Origin: Myxococcota bacterium | GTDB lineage: Bacteria; Myxococcota; XYA12-FULL-58-9; JALHOP01 | Length of the DNA: 64,000 bases | NCBI GenBank assembly: GCA_041288095.1 | Contig: JBGGMJ010000211.1 | Coordinates: 1-64,000, forward strand | Direction: 5' to 3' | Part shown: positions 19,869 through 29,714 of the stretch, piece by piece | Layout of the letters: each line of letters begins with the position of its first letter | Position numbering within the stretch: position 1 is the stretch's first letter | Translations under genes and position numbers: made by a program | The notes under the pieces: generated by a model | The model's input: the letters and a program-made list of their open reading frames with translations, nothing else | Databases searched by the model: none | What the model was told of the DNA's origin: nothing

Positions 19869-22016
19869 CTAGTCGATGGTGGGGCCCGGGAGGTCGTAGG
19901 CGCCGATGTCCCAACCGAAGCGTGTGGCGTAGTCGATATCGACGCGCGGGGTCAGCTCGTCGTCGAGCCCCGTTCCCGCAAGGATGCGGGTGCAACTCGT
20001 GGAGAGCGGAAGCTCGCAGCCCGTGGACTGAATGTTGCCATCGACGCCGATGGGGTCACCGCAGATTCCCTCGACCAGCATCGCGCAGGTGGTTCCCCCG
20101 CCGCTCACTTGAAAGTCATTGGTTACGACGCTGACCTGCGAACCCGGATTGGGAATGTTGAGGCCGTAGCTGCCGGCGCTCCCTACGGCGGTCAGCACGT
20201 CGTTGATGACGCGCACCACGCCGGTGGTGGCGATTTGAACCGCGGTCGCTCCCACGCCCGTGCCCTCGATGTTCGTGTGGAAGATGTCCGCCATGCCGCT
20301 CCCGACGGTGAGCGGAAACGCGGTGCCGGCCGTGCTGGTTACTTCCAGCAGGCTGTTCACGACGCGTAGTGAGCTCCCCTCGTGCGCGACGCCGCCGCTG
20401 ATGCCGTCGACCCCCTCCACGTCGATGCGCACCGATTGGAGGTCGACCACCGCGCCGCTGAACGTCTGAATGGCGGTGGCGCGAGCGCCATCGGCGGCCA
20501 GTGTGCTCTCGCCGACGGTCAAACCGCCGCCGCCCCAGAAGACCGTCGGTTGCTGCGTGACGTTGCCGGGCGAGCCGGCTTGGATCTGCGACTTCCACAC
20601 CACGGTGTCGCGGTCGTTCTGCACCACGGCGCGGTGATTCACGCAGCTCGCGCCACGTACCGTGACGCGGACTAAGACAGCATCGCCGGTACTCACCTGA
20701 ACGGTCGAGCAATCGGTCGCGGTGTTCTCCATCGCGACGTCGAAGTCGGCTAGACGCGCGCCGCCGTTACCCACCGTGAGCGCCGCGCAGTTGTTGCAGT
20801 CATTCGTGTGGAAGTAGATCGCGTGCTGGATGAGGACGTCGTCCAGCACGGCTCCCGAAAACTCGGTGGCGTTGGTGAAGCTCGTCGCCGTCCGTGACGG
20901 CGAGCGCGAGGTCCAGCCGGCGAGGTAGCCTCCGAAAATCCGCGTCGAAGAAACGGTGTCCGGCATCGCGTACTGGCCGCTGGCCACGAAGATGAAGGAG
21001 CCTTGCTGGCTCGCGGCGAGCGCGCCCGTGAGCGTGCAGAACGGCGCGCTCATCGTGCCCTGCTCGTTGCTCCCGCAATCGCTGCTCACGTAGATGCCGA
21101 CCCCGTCCGCGGCATGCGGCTCCGAGGCGCCATCGCAGTCCTCGGCGATGCCGTTGTCCGGAAAGTCGACGGCGCCCGGGTGAATCAACGGGTCGCGCTC
21201 GTCACAGTCTTCGTCGACCGTCGTATAGGCATCACACCCGGCGAAGGCACCGTCGTGGTCTGGGTCACGACAGGTAGCGCAGCTCACCCAGACGTTCGGG
21301 TTACCTTGGTCGCAATCGCTCTCATGCCAATTGCAGCCAGGGCCGGTGTGGTCCCCATCGGGATCAGAGCAAAGGCCGCAGTCGGACCAGTGCTGGGACT
21401 GTGTCGGGTCACAGTCGTCGGCGTTGTTCGTGAACCCCTGGTGGCCTTCGCACCCGATGATCGAGACGCTCCCATCGCCGTGCCCATCCCCGTCGTCGTC
21501 GGCATACAGTGCGACGCAACCATCGTTGCATAGAGCATCCGCGTCGTCGCAATCGCCGCCCTGATCACAGCCCGGCCCACGGCCATCATCGTCCGCGTCA
21601 GCGCACGCGCCGCAATCGCTCCAATGGCGGCCGTCGCTGTCGTCGCAGTCGGTCGGTGCGTCGACGCCGCTATGCTCGCCGGTGAAGGCGCAGACCGTCA
21701 GAAGCTCGGTTTCGGCGTAACCATCGTGGTCATTGTCGCGCCTGGCGGTGAAGCATCCGCTATCGCAGAACCGACCGGTGGTCGCGGTGTCGTCGCAGTC
21801 CGGGCCGAGGTTGCAACCGTCGCCATGCTCGTCACCGTCGTCGTCGACGCAGGTGTTGCAGTCGCTCCAGTGCGCGTTCGACGACTGATCACAATCCTGC
21901 CGGCCGACGCGTCCGTCGCCGTCGGTGTCCGGTTCCTCGGGCGCTTCGCTTCCGCAACGCGCGAGGCAAACACAGAGCACCAGCAACGAACCCCGTCCAA
22001 GCGGACCGAACGCCAT
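19869..22016 (-). CDS. Cys/Asp-rich repeat surface protein with C-terminal beta-helix-like region
   Basis: Lipoprotein-like signal from ATG 22016; repeated DxDxDG/DCDD units, a MopE-like DCD..IHPGA..NGIAEDCDG motif, then IYVS..GTMSAPFCT..IFVASGQY. Confidence 0.75.
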   Translation of the reverse strand: MAFGPLGRGSLLVLCVCLARCGSEAPEEPDTDGDGRVGRQDCDQSSNAHWSDCNTCVDDDGDEHGDGCNLGPDCDDTATTGRFCDSGCFTARRDNDHDGYAETELLTVCAFTGEHSGVDAPTDCDDSDGRHWSDCGACADADDDGRGPGCDQGGDCDDADALCNDGCVALYADDDGDGHGDGSVSIIGCEGHQGFTNNADDCDPTQSQHWSDCGLCSDPDGDHTGPGCNWHESDCDQGNPNVWVSCATCRDPDHDGAFAGCDAYTTVDEDCDERDPLIHPGAVDFPDNGIAEDCDGASEPHAADGVGIYVSSDCGSNEQGTMSAPFCTLTGALAASQQGSFIFVASGQYAMPDTVSSTRIFGGYLAGWTSRSPSRTATSFTNATEFSGAVLDDVLIQHAIYFHTNDCNNCAALTVGNGGARLADFDVAMENTATDCSTVQVSTGDAVLVRVTVRGASCVNHRAVVQNDRDTVVWKSQIQAGSPGNVTQQPTVFWGGGGLTVGESTLAADGARATAIQTFSGAVVDLQSVRIDVEGVDGISGGVAHEGSSLRVVNSLLEVTSTAGTAFPLTVGSGMADIFHTNIEGTGVGATAVQIATTGVVRVINDVLTAVGSAGSYGLNIPNPGSQVSVVTNDFQVSGGGTTCAMLVEGICGDPIGVDGNIQSTGCELPLSTSCTRILAGTGLDDELTPRVDIDYATRFGWDIGAYDLPGPTID

Positions 22017-22056
22017 CGGAAGAGCGTACCCGAAAACCGTCGGCGCTATCAGCGGC

Positions 22057-22419
22057 TCAGCGCGGTTTGATAATGCCCCTGCCCGGCCAGCTGTGGGCGG
22101 TCGCAAACAAGCCTTCGAAGAAGGCGCTGATGGGCGAGAACGTCGCGAACGCCTGGATCTGGTGCATGCTCCGGGCTGCCTCGTATTCGAACGCTGTCTG
22201 ATCGCGGCGTTGCAGCGGCGGCGAGAGCGCATCGTTCATGCACGCGACCGCCAGGTCCCACCGGTCTTGGATGCGCTGCCCCGTCGAGTGGTTGGCGGCC
22301 GGGCGGGCTTGCACCAGCCGTTCGAGGTTGTCGCGTTGGCGGGTGCTGCGCTCGGGCCCGCCGCCATCGACCGTGCGGCTTCGGGCAGATGCGCTGTGCT
22401 GCGGTCCGTTCGGACGCAT
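22057..22419 (-). CDS. Orphan hypothetical protein (120 aa) with sigma-28-like promoter
   Basis: ATG 22419 with GGGGGG RBS, 31 nt downstream of the promoter motif. Confidence 0.65.
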   Translation of the reverse strand: MRPNGPQHSASARSRTVDGGGPERSTRQRDNLERLVQARPAANHSTGQRIQDRWDLAVACMNDALSPPLQRRDQTAFEYEAARSMHQIQAFATFSPISAFFEGLFATAHSWPGRGIIKPR

Positions 22420-22450
22420 GAGAGCCCCCCGTTGGCGCGGTCCTGTTTCT

Positions 22451-22478
22451 TTATCGGCGGCGGCCGGGCTCGGGTTGC
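22451..22478 (-). promoter_or_regulatory. sigma-28-like promoter
   Basis: Minus strand GCAA-N16-GCCGATAA (perfect FliA -10 box). Confidence 0.8.
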
Positions 22479-22530
22479 TCTCGGCACCGCGCAGCGCGTC
22501 AAATCCGCGTCATCACGCCGTTTCCTGTCG

Positions 22531-22560
22531 TTGACAGCGGACCGCGAACCTCATTATTCC
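22531..22560 (+). promoter_or_regulatory. Possible sigma-70 promoter of preTA
   Basis: Perfect TTGACA followed by a weak CATTATTC region. Confidence 0.4.
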
Positions 22561-22624
22561 TTCGCCCTTCACGCTGGGCCGCGCTTTTGTAGTTGGTGGC
22601 TCGCCCGGCTGGAGGCCCCCGCCC

Positions 22625-23947
22625 ATGACGGCTTTGCCTACCGAGCGCTCAGAGAGCGCTTTCGCGGACTACAAAGAAGCCTTGTCGCCCGTGCAAGCGG
22701 TCGCCGAAGCGAACCGCTGTCTCTACTGCGCCGACGCGCCATGCATCCAAGCGTGCCCGACCGGCATCGAGATCCCGGAGTTCATCCGCAAGATCAGCAC
22801 GGGTAACGTCAAAGGCAGCGCCCGCACCATCTTCGAAGCCAACATCCTCGGCATGAGCTGCGCGCGCGTTTGTCCGGTCGAAGTGCTCTGCGTCGGCGAC
22901 TGCGTCTACAACGAGATGGACTCACCGCCGATTCAGATCGGCAAGCTCCAGCGCTACGCCACCGACATCGCTTTCGAGAAGGGCTGGAAGTTCTTCGAGG
23001 CAGGTAAGGACACCGGCAAGAGCGTCGCCCTCATCGGTGCCGGTCCGGCGTCGCTCGCCGCCGCGCACCAGCTCCGCCGTGACGGACACCGCTGCACGAT
23101 CTACGAGAAGCACAGCTTCACCGGCGGTCTCAACACCACCGGCGTCGCGCCCTACAAGATGCGCGCGGACCGTTCGATCCAAGAGGTCGAGTGGATCCTC
23201 TCCATCGGCGGCATCGACGTGAAGACCGGCGTGACCGTCGGCAAGGACGTCACCTGGGACGCCATCGAGAAGCAGCACGACGCGGTGTTCATCGGCATGG
23301 GACTCGGCGTCGACAGCAAGCTCGGCGTGCCCGGTGAGAATCTCGCCGGCATCCACGGCGCCGTCGATTTCATCGAGAAGATGAAGGTCGGCAAGGTCGA
23401 TCTCTCCAAGGTGAAGCGCGCAGCGGTCATTGGTGGTGGCAACACCGCCATCGACGCGGTTCGCGAGCTCGCCGGCCTTGGCATCGAGGAAGTGCTGCTC
23501 GTCTATCGCGGCGAAGAGCCGGGCATGAGCGGTTACATGCACGAGTGGGAGGTCGCGAAGCTCGACAACGTGCGTCCGCTGTGGCGGTCGTTGCCAATCG
23601 AGTTCAAAGGCGCCGGCCACGTGCAGGCGATGCGCTACACGCGCGTCGACACCGCCAAGAAGCCTATCGCCGGCAGCGAGCTCGAGATCCCGGTCGACTT
23701 GGTGCTCCTCGCCATCGGCCAGGCCAAGCTCGGCGAGCTCGTCGCCGCTCTACCCGGCATCAAGACGGACAAGGGCCGCATCGTCGTCGACGCCAACGGT
23801 TTCACCGGCCGCAAGGGCTACTACGCCGGTGGTGACTGCGCCAACGGCGGCAAGGAAGTCGTGAACGGCGCCGCCGAAGGCAAGGCCGCCGCCATCGCCA
23901 TCAACGAATATCTGCGCAACTCCGCTAAAGCGGCCGTGGGAGCCTGA
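22625..23947 (+). CDS. preT: Dihydropyrimidine dehydrogenase subunit PreT (GltD-like)
   Basis: EANRCLYCADAPCIQACP Fe-S motif, GAGPASL and GGGNTAID Rossmann motifs; adjacent to preA. Confidence 0.93.
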   Translation: MTALPTERSESAFADYKEALSPVQAVAEANRCLYCADAPCIQACPTGIEIPEFIRKISTGNVKGSARTIFEANILGMSCARVCPVEVLCVGDCVYNEMDSPPIQIGKLQRYATDIAFEKGWKFFEAGKDTGKSVALIGAGPASLAAAHQLRRDGHRCTIYEKHSFTGGLNTTGVAPYKMRADRSIQEVEWILSIGGIDVKTGVTVGKDVTWDAIEKQHDAVFIGMGLGVDSKLGVPGENLAGIHGAVDFIEKMKVGKVDLSKVKRAAVIGGGNTAIDAVRELAGLGIEEVLLVYRGEEPGMSGYMHEWEVAKLDNVRPLWRSLPIEFKGAGHVQAMRYTRVDTAKKPIAGSELEIPVDLVLLAIGQAKLGELVAALPGIKTDKGRIVVDANGFTGRKGYYAGGDCANGGKEVVNGAAEGKAAAIAINEYLRNSAKAAVGA

Positions 23948-23950
23948 GCC

Positions 23951-25225
23951 ATGGTTGATTTGACCAGCAACACCGGCGGCATCATCTCGCCCAATCCTTT
24001 CTGGCTGGCTTCCGCCCCGCCGACCAACTCCGGAGATCAAATCAAACGAGCCTTCGACGCCGGTTGGGGCGGCGCCGTTTGGAAGACCCTCGGGCAGCCC
24101 ATTCAGAACGTCTCGAGCCGCTTCGGCGGACACACGGTGCGCGGCGTCAAGGCCGCCGGCTTCAACAACATCGAGCTGATCACCGATCGGCCGCTGGAAT
24201 CGAACTTCCGCGAGATCATCGACGTCAAGAAGCAGTACCCGAAGCACGCGGTGATCGTCTCCCTGATGGTCGAGACCGAAGACGAGTGGAAGGACATCAT
24301 CAAGCGCTCGATCGACGCCGGCGCCGACGGCCTCGAGCTCAACTTCGGCTGCCCGCACGGTATGTGCGAGCGCGGCATGGGTAGCGCCGTCGGTCAGGAG
24401 CCGAAGATCAACGAGCGCATCACCTCGTGGGCCGTGAAGTATTCGACGGTGCCGGTCCTGGTGAAGCTCACGCCCAACGTCGGCAACATCGTGCCGCACG
24501 GCATCGCGGCGAAAAAAGGCGGCGCCCATGGCGTCTCCCTGATCAACACCATCAAGAGCATCATCGGCGTCGACATCGACAACTTCATCCCCGAGCCCCG
24601 CGTCGACAAGCTGTCGTCGAACGGCGGCTATTGCGGACAGGCGGTGAAGCCCATCGCTCTCCACATGGTGGCGGCCTTGGCGCGCGACCGCGACTTCGGT
24701 TTGCCGATCAGCGGCATCGGTGGCGTCGCCAACTGGCGTGACGCGGTCGAGTTCTTACTGCTCGGCAGCAACTCGGTTCAGGTCTGCACCGAGGTCATGC
24801 TGCGCGGCTATCGCGTCGTCGAGGACATGATCGAAGGCCTCACGACCTACATGGAAGAAAAAGGCTTCAAGAAGCTCGACGACATGATTGGCAAGGCCGT
24901 CCCGCAGTACTCCGAGTGGGGTGACCTCAACATGAACTACGAGACCGTCGCCAAGATCGACGCGGACAAGTGCATCGGCTGCCAGCTCTGCATGACCGCC
25001 TGCCACGACGGTGCCCACCAGTGCATCCATCCCAGCCTCGAAGCTGGGTCGCGGGTGCCGCGCATCGACGAATCCGAGTGCGTCGGTTGCAACTTGTGCC
25101 AGATCGTCTGCCCCGTGCCGGACTGCATCAGCATGGTGCCGGTCGACAACGGCTGGAAGCCCGGCACGTGGAATCAATTCACGCGCGGCGAGACCGAGCT
25201 GCGCCCCAAGAAGGGCTCGCACTAG
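23951..25225 (+). CDS. preA: Dihydropyrimidine dehydrogenase subunit PreA
   Basis: NPFWLASAPPT, NNIELITDRP, ELNFGCPHGMCERGMG, two C-terminal 4Fe-4S motifs. Confidence 0.97.
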   Translation: MVDLTSNTGGIISPNPFWLASAPPTNSGDQIKRAFDAGWGGAVWKTLGQPIQNVSSRFGGHTVRGVKAAGFNNIELITDRPLESNFREIIDVKKQYPKHAVIVSLMVETEDEWKDIIKRSIDAGADGLELNFGCPHGMCERGMGSAVGQEPKINERITSWAVKYSTVPVLVKLTPNVGNIVPHGIAAKKGGAHGVSLINTIKSIIGVDIDNFIPEPRVDKLSSNGGYCGQAVKPIALHMVAALARDRDFGLPISGIGGVANWRDAVEFLLLGSNSVQVCTEVMLRGYRVVEDMIEGLTTYMEEKGFKKLDDMIGKAVPQYSEWGDLNMNYETVAKIDADKCIGCQLCMTACHDGAHQCIHPSLEAGSRVPRIDESECVGCNLCQIVCPVPDCISMVPVDNGWKPGTWNQFTRGETELRPKKGSH

Positions 25226-25245
25226 CCCGCACGGCGAACCGGGCG

Positions 25246-25593
25246 TCAGCTCGGCTTGCCGACGACGCCCGTCAGCTCGACACCGAGCAGCATCGCGGCG
25301 GTGGCGAGCGAAATCTCGGCCTGCGTGGGCAGGCCCTTTTGCTGGCCGTACGCGTGCACCTCGCGGATGAGCTGGCGGATGTCCTCGCGATGCTTGCCGA
25401 TCGGGCTCATCGTGAAGCAGCCGAGCGCCATGAAGCGCGCGCTGTCACAGACCGCGATGGCGAAGTCTCTCCAGGGATCGAAGGTTCCCGCGGGGATGCT
25501 TGCCGTCTTTTTCATGGCCGCGCGGATCTGCTCGATTTCACGGCTCACGGCCGTTACGGACACTGGCTGATTTCGAAGGGTGTTGGTTCGCAT
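25246..25593 (-). CDS. Orphan hypothetical protein (115 aa)
   Basis: Start MRTNTLRNQP at 25593; weak sigma-28-like motif GCCA-N16-TTCGATAA at 25601-25628. Confidence 0.55.
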   Translation of the reverse strand: MRTNTLRNQPVSVTAVSREIEQIRAAMKKTASIPAGTFDPWRDFAIAVCDSARFMALGCFTMSPIGKHREDIRQLIREVHAYGQQKGLPTQAEISLATAAMLLGVELTGVVGKPS

Positions 25594-25702
25594 GCCGGGG
25601 TTATCGAAAGGCGGGTGCGGGAAATGGCCGGCTCTGCGCCGCGATGGCGCATCGTTCTCGGTCACGCACTCCGCCAAGCCCCAGCTGTCACCGGCCACGG
25701 CG

Positions 25703-25729
25703 GCAACTCGCCCCAAGCCGGTCCGATAC
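25703..25729 (+). promoter_or_regulatory. sigma-28-like promoter
   Basis: GCAA-N15-TCCGATAC. Confidence 0.75.
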
Positions 25730-25762
25730 TCGCGTGCTCAAACCGCCAGGAGAACGCACAAA

Positions 25763-26203
25763 ATGAATCTGACCGTGAACGGCCCCGGCCGTGTTTCCGC
25801 CGCCGGTGCTAGCCAGCCCCAGACCCTCGAGCAGCTCGTCGCCGACCTGGTGAAATTCGTCGAGTCGAAGCCATCGGCCGAGCAAGTTGCGGCGAAGCTT
25901 CCCGAGGTCCAGACGCACCCCCACGGCATCGGCATGCTCCAACTCATTGCCGGCGTGGCGCCGGTGTTCGCGGGCGTGTCGGACGAGAAGCGCGCCGAGG
26001 TGCTGGAGAAGGCCTCTTCGCTGCTCGGCGCCATGCGCAGCGAGGTCGCCGGCGGCCGTCAGTTCGAGCTCGCTCGCACCATGATGGGCACGAAGAACGA
26101 TCGTACGGGCGCCCTTCTCGCCAGCGCCATCGACTCACCGCTCAAGCTCGACGCCGCGTGGTGCTTCCTGACGTTGTCGGCCATCCAAGCCCGCGCGAAG
26201 TAA
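25763..26203 (+). CDS. Orphan helical protein (146 aa)
   Basis: AGGAGA RBS then ATG 25763, MNLTVNGPGRVSAAG; followed by a hairpin at 26224-26240. Confidence 0.75.
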   Translation: MNLTVNGPGRVSAAGASQPQTLEQLVADLVKFVESKPSAEQVAAKLPEVQTHPHGIGMLQLIAGVAPVFAGVSDEKRAEVLEKASSLLGAMRSEVAGGRQFELARTMMGTKNDRTGALLASAIDSPLKLDAAWCFLTLSAIQARAK

Positions 26204-26223
26204 CCCTCGCGCCGCAGGCCGCG

Positions 26224-26240
26224 CCTGACGAATCGTCAGG
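26224..26240. terminator. Short hairpin after the orphan gene
   Basis: CCTGACG-AAT-CGTCAGG; no U-tract. Confidence 0.35.
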
Positions 26241-26250
26241 ACTGATGCGG

Positions 26251-26277
26251 GCACCCGTGGATCTGGCTCGCCGATAT
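26251..26277 (+). promoter_or_regulatory. sigma-28-like promoter
   Basis: GCAC-N15-GCCGATAT. Confidence 0.65.
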
Positions 26278-26316
26278 TCGCGACATCGAAACGCGAATCT
26301 CGGAAGGTGTTTGCCA

Positions 26317-26745
26317 ATGGAAGCCACGGGTGACCGCTCCGCTGTGACGGAACGACGATGGTTGAATCTCGGAAGCGTCGGTTTCGCCGCGCAGACCGCG
26401 CTGCACGCGACCGCCGCGCTTGCCGAGCCGGGCTCCGGCACGCAGATCCTCGCGATGGTGCCAGCGACGTTGGGCCCGATGTTTCTCCTCGGAGCCTTCA
26501 TCGGCCCGATCATCGAGCCCATGCATGAACGCACGGTGAAGAAGCTCGCCGCCTCGGGCGCGCTCCTACTCGTCGGCGGCGTCGCAACGATGGTCGGAAC
26601 GCTCGGCGCCGAAGCCCATGCGGTGTGCGCCGGGCTCGCGGCCTTTGCCACGGCGTGGTGCGCGATGAATCCCACGCCGCGCTACACCGGTTACATCCGC
26701 GGTGGCCTACCCGTCTACGAGGACGGGTCCGGGCCGGCGGGCTAG
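26317..26745 (+). CDS. Orphan hydrophobic (membrane) protein (142 aa)
   Basis: GGAAGG RBS, ATG 26317; 3-4 Gly/Ala-rich hydrophobic segments. Confidence 0.6.
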   Translation: MEATGDRSAVTERRWLNLGSVGFAAQTALHATAALAEPGSGTQILAMVPATLGPMFLLGAFIGPIIEPMHERTVKKLAASGALLLVGGVATMVGTLGAEAHAVCAGLAAFATAWCAMNPTPRYTGYIRGGLPVYEDGSGPAG

Positions 26746-28067
26746 CCCTCGAAGGCCTCGTCGGTAATCGCGAGGCACTTGTCGATGATGGCAAAGCCTT
26801 CACGTAGCTGCGCTTCGGTGATGCACAGCGGCGGGTTGCACGTGAAGTTGTTCCAGCGCGTGAACGTGAACAGGCCGTTCTCGAGGAACGCCTTGTTGAG
26901 CTTCGCCATCGCCGGATGCGCGCCGTTGTAGGGCGCGAGCGGCTCGTTCTTGCTGTTCTTGCGCAGGTCGACCATGCCGAAGAGACCGATGCAGCGGCAC
27001 TCGAGCACCGACTTGTGCTTCGCTTGCAGCTTGTCCATCTCCTCGCGCATCACCTTCTCGAGCTTGGCGGCGTTTTCGATCATGCCCTCTTCGCGCATGA
27101 CCGTGATGACCGCTTCAGCGGTCGCCATGCCCACGGGGTGATTGGCGTAGGTCAGTCCGCCCCAGAAGACATTGTCCTTGAAGTGCTTGGCGACCTTGTC
27201 GCTCATGCCGACGCAGCCCATCGGGAAGTACGAGCTGGTGAGGCCCTTCGCCATGGTCACCATGTCGGGGACGATGTCGAAGTGCTCGAAGGCGAACATC
27301 TTGCCGGTGCGGCCGAGACCGGCCATGACCTCGTCGCAGATCATCAGGATGCCGTTCTTCTCGAGGAGCTGCTTCAACCCCTTGAGGTACCCCTTCGGCG
27401 GGATGAGCACACCGTTGGTGCCGGGCACGGTCTCGACGAACATCGCGGCGATGTTCTGCGGCCCCTCGTACATGATGACTTCTTCGAGGTAGCGCAGATT
27501 GTTTTCGGTCTTCTCCGCGTCCGTTTTACCGAACGAGTAGTTGTACGGCGTCGGGTCCATGACGCGGATGATGCCGGGAGTGCCGGGCTCGTTGGCCCAG
27601 CGACGCGGGTCACCCGTCAGCTGCATCGTCGCGTTGGTGGCGCCGTGGTAGCTGCGATAGCGGCTCAAAATCTTCTGGCGGCCGGTCATCAGGCGCGCGG
27701 CGCGCATCGCGTTCTCGTTGGCCTCGGCGCCGCCGAGGGTGAAGAAGAACGTGTTGATGTCGCCGGGCGTGATCTCGGCCATCAGCTTGCCGAGGCGCGC
27801 GCGGGGTTCGGTGGTCATGCCCGGGTAGACGTAGATGACCTCGTCGAGGGCCTTCTTCATCGCGGCGATCACTTTTTTGTGACCGTGGCCGATGAGCACG
27901 CTCATCAGCTGCGAGTTGAAGTCGAGGATCTTCTTGCCGTCGGCCGTGTAGATGTAGACGCCTTCGGCGCGGGTGATCGGCAGAGGGTTTACGTCCCCCT
28001 GCTTCACCCAAGGCGTGAAGGTGAATTGCTTCGACAGCGCGACGATTTCTTCGCCGGACATGCTCAT
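26742..28067 (-). CDS. Class III PLP aminotransferase (probable beta-alanine transaminase)
   Basis: GGAEANENA, SYHGAT, ICDEVMAGLGRTG, DMVTMAKGLTS; context of pyrimidine catabolism. Confidence 0.9.
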   Translation of the reverse strand: MSMSGEEIVALSKQFTFTPWVKQGDVNPLPITRAEGVYIYTADGKKILDFNSQLMSVLIGHGHKKVIAAMKKALDEVIYVYPGMTTEPRARLGKLMAEITPGDINTFFFTLGGAEANENAMRAARLMTGRQKILSRYRSYHGATNATMQLTGDPRRWANEPGTPGIIRVMDPTPYNYSFGKTDAEKTENNLRYLEEVIMYEGPQNIAAMFVETVPGTNGVLIPPKGYLKGLKQLLEKNGILMICDEVMAGLGRTGKMFAFEHFDIVPDMVTMAKGLTSSYFPMGCVGMSDKVAKHFKDNVFWGGLTYANHPVGMATAEAVITVMREEGMIENAAKLEKVMREEMDKLQAKHKSVLECRCIGLFGMVDLRKNSKNEPLAPYNGAHPAMAKLNKAFLENGLFTFTRWNNFTCNPPLCITEAQLREGFAIIDKCLAITDEAFEG

Positions 28068-28071
28068 CTGA

Positions 28072-29616
28072 CTAGCCCATCCACGTGGTGTCGGACTGCA
28101 CGGTCCACTTGCTCGTGACCTTGCGCGGCCGCGTCCAGAAGTGGAAGCCGTCCATGCCCGTCATGTCGCCGTTGCCGAACTTCGAGTTGTTCCAGCCGCC
28201 GAAGGCGAAGGGCTCGCGCGGCACCGGGACGCCGACGTTGACGCCACACATGCCGGCCTCGAAGCGCTCGATGCAGTAGCGCGCGACCGCGCCGTTTGTC
28301 GTGTAGACCGCCGCCGCATTGCCGTAGGGGTTCTTGTTCTCGACCGCGATAGCGGCATCGACGTTGGCGACGCGCACGATGCTGAGCACCGGGCCGAAGA
28401 TCTCGTCGCAAGCCGCCGGCATATCCGGACGCACGCCGTCGATGACCGTCGGGCCGATCCAGTAGCCGTTCTGACCGGCCACCTTGGCGCCACGGCCGTC
28501 GACGAGGATCTTGCAACCCGCCTTCTCGGCTTCGTCGATGTAGCGGACGATGCGGTCGTAAGCGTCCTTGTTGATCACCGGGCCGATGTCGACGCCGACC
28601 TTGACCTTCTTCGCTTCGGTGACCATCGCGTCGATGATGTGCTGGGTCTGACCCACCGCGAGCATCACACTCGCGGCCATGCATCGCTGACCGGCGCAGC
28701 CGTAGGCCGAGGCAACGACGTTGGTCGAGGTGAGCGCGACGTCGGCGTCGGGCACGACCACGAGGTGGTTCTTGGCGCCGCCGAGGCACAGCATCTTCTT
28801 ACCGGCGGCCGAGCCGCGCGCGTAGACGAGCTTTGCGACCTTCGTGGAGCCGACGAAACCGACGGCCTTGATGTCCGGGTGATCGCAGATGGCCTCGACG
28901 ACTTCGCGTCCGCCATTGACGACGTTGAAGACACCGTCGGGCAGGCCTGCTTCCTTGAAGATCTGCGCCAGCTTCATGGCGCCGTAGGGCACCACTTCGG
29001 ACGGCTTCAAGATGAAGCAGTTACCCGCGAGGAGAGCCTGGGGCATCATCCACAACGGCACCATGACCGGGAAGTTGAACGGCGCGATGCCGGCGACGAC
29101 GCCGAGCGCTTCCTGGGTGACTTCGCAGTTCACGCCGCGCGACACGTCGATCTGGCCGCCGGCGACCATGTTGGCGAGCGAGGCGCCCATCTCGACGCAC
29201 TCGATGCCCTTCTCGACCGATGCCTTGGCCTCGGCGAAGGTCTTGCCGTTCTCGTGCGACACCAGCCAGGCGAGCTCTTCGACGTCGCGCTGCATGATGT
29301 ACTTGACGTTATAGAGGACCTGCGAGCGCTCTTTGATCGGCGTGGCCTTCCAAGCCGGCCAAGCCGCTTTAGCGGCCGCGACCGCCGCCTCGATGTCCGC
29401 TGCGCCGGACATGGCGACCTGCCCCATCGACTTGTCGTGACGCGGGTTGTTCACCGCCATCGACTGGCCGTTCATGGCATCGCGGAACGAGCCGCCAATC
29501 CAGTTGCGGCACGGCACGTACTCGACGAAGTCGTACGAGCGCGCGCTGAACGCGAGAGAGTTGCTGGTGTTGCGGCTCTTGCCGCTGCCTTCACTTGGGC
29601 TCGCCACGACTGACAT
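28072..29616 (-). CDS. mmsA: CoA-acylating (methyl)malonate-semialdehyde dehydrogenase
   Basis: PFNFPVMVP, FVGST, LGGAKNH, AGQRCMA, EIFGPVL, GVNVGVPVP. Confidence 0.93.
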   Translation of the reverse strand: MSVVASPSEGSGKSRNTSNSLAFSARSYDFVEYVPCRNWIGGSFRDAMNGQSMAVNNPRHDKSMGQVAMSGAADIEAAVAAAKAAWPAWKATPIKERSQVLYNVKYIMQRDVEELAWLVSHENGKTFAEAKASVEKGIECVEMGASLANMVAGGQIDVSRGVNCEVTQEALGVVAGIAPFNFPVMVPLWMMPQALLAGNCFILKPSEVVPYGAMKLAQIFKEAGLPDGVFNVVNGGREVVEAICDHPDIKAVGFVGSTKVAKLVYARGSAAGKKMLCLGGAKNHLVVVPDADVALTSTNVVASAYGCAGQRCMAASVMLAVGQTQHIIDAMVTEAKKVKVGVDIGPVINKDAYDRIVRYIDEAEKAGCKILVDGRGAKVAGQNGYWIGPTVIDGVRPDMPAACDEIFGPVLSIVRVANVDAAIAVENKNPYGNAAAVYTTNGAVARYCIERFEAGMCGVNVGVPVPREPFAFGGWNNSKFGNGDMTGMDGFHFWTRPRKVTSKWTVQSDTTWMG

Positions 29617-29714
29617 CGGGGGCTCCTATCCCATCATTGTTTGGGAGCGCTGATGTGCCCGAGGCGCACGCAGAAAACAAGCCGTAAAGGTATGCCAGAC
29701 CGCGTCAGAAGGCC

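Noticed and set aside
19869..22232. 787-aa version of the surface protein starting at 22232
   Set aside because: The signal peptide begins at ATG 22016; the upstream part overlaps the separate orphan 22057-22419, which has its own promoter and RBS
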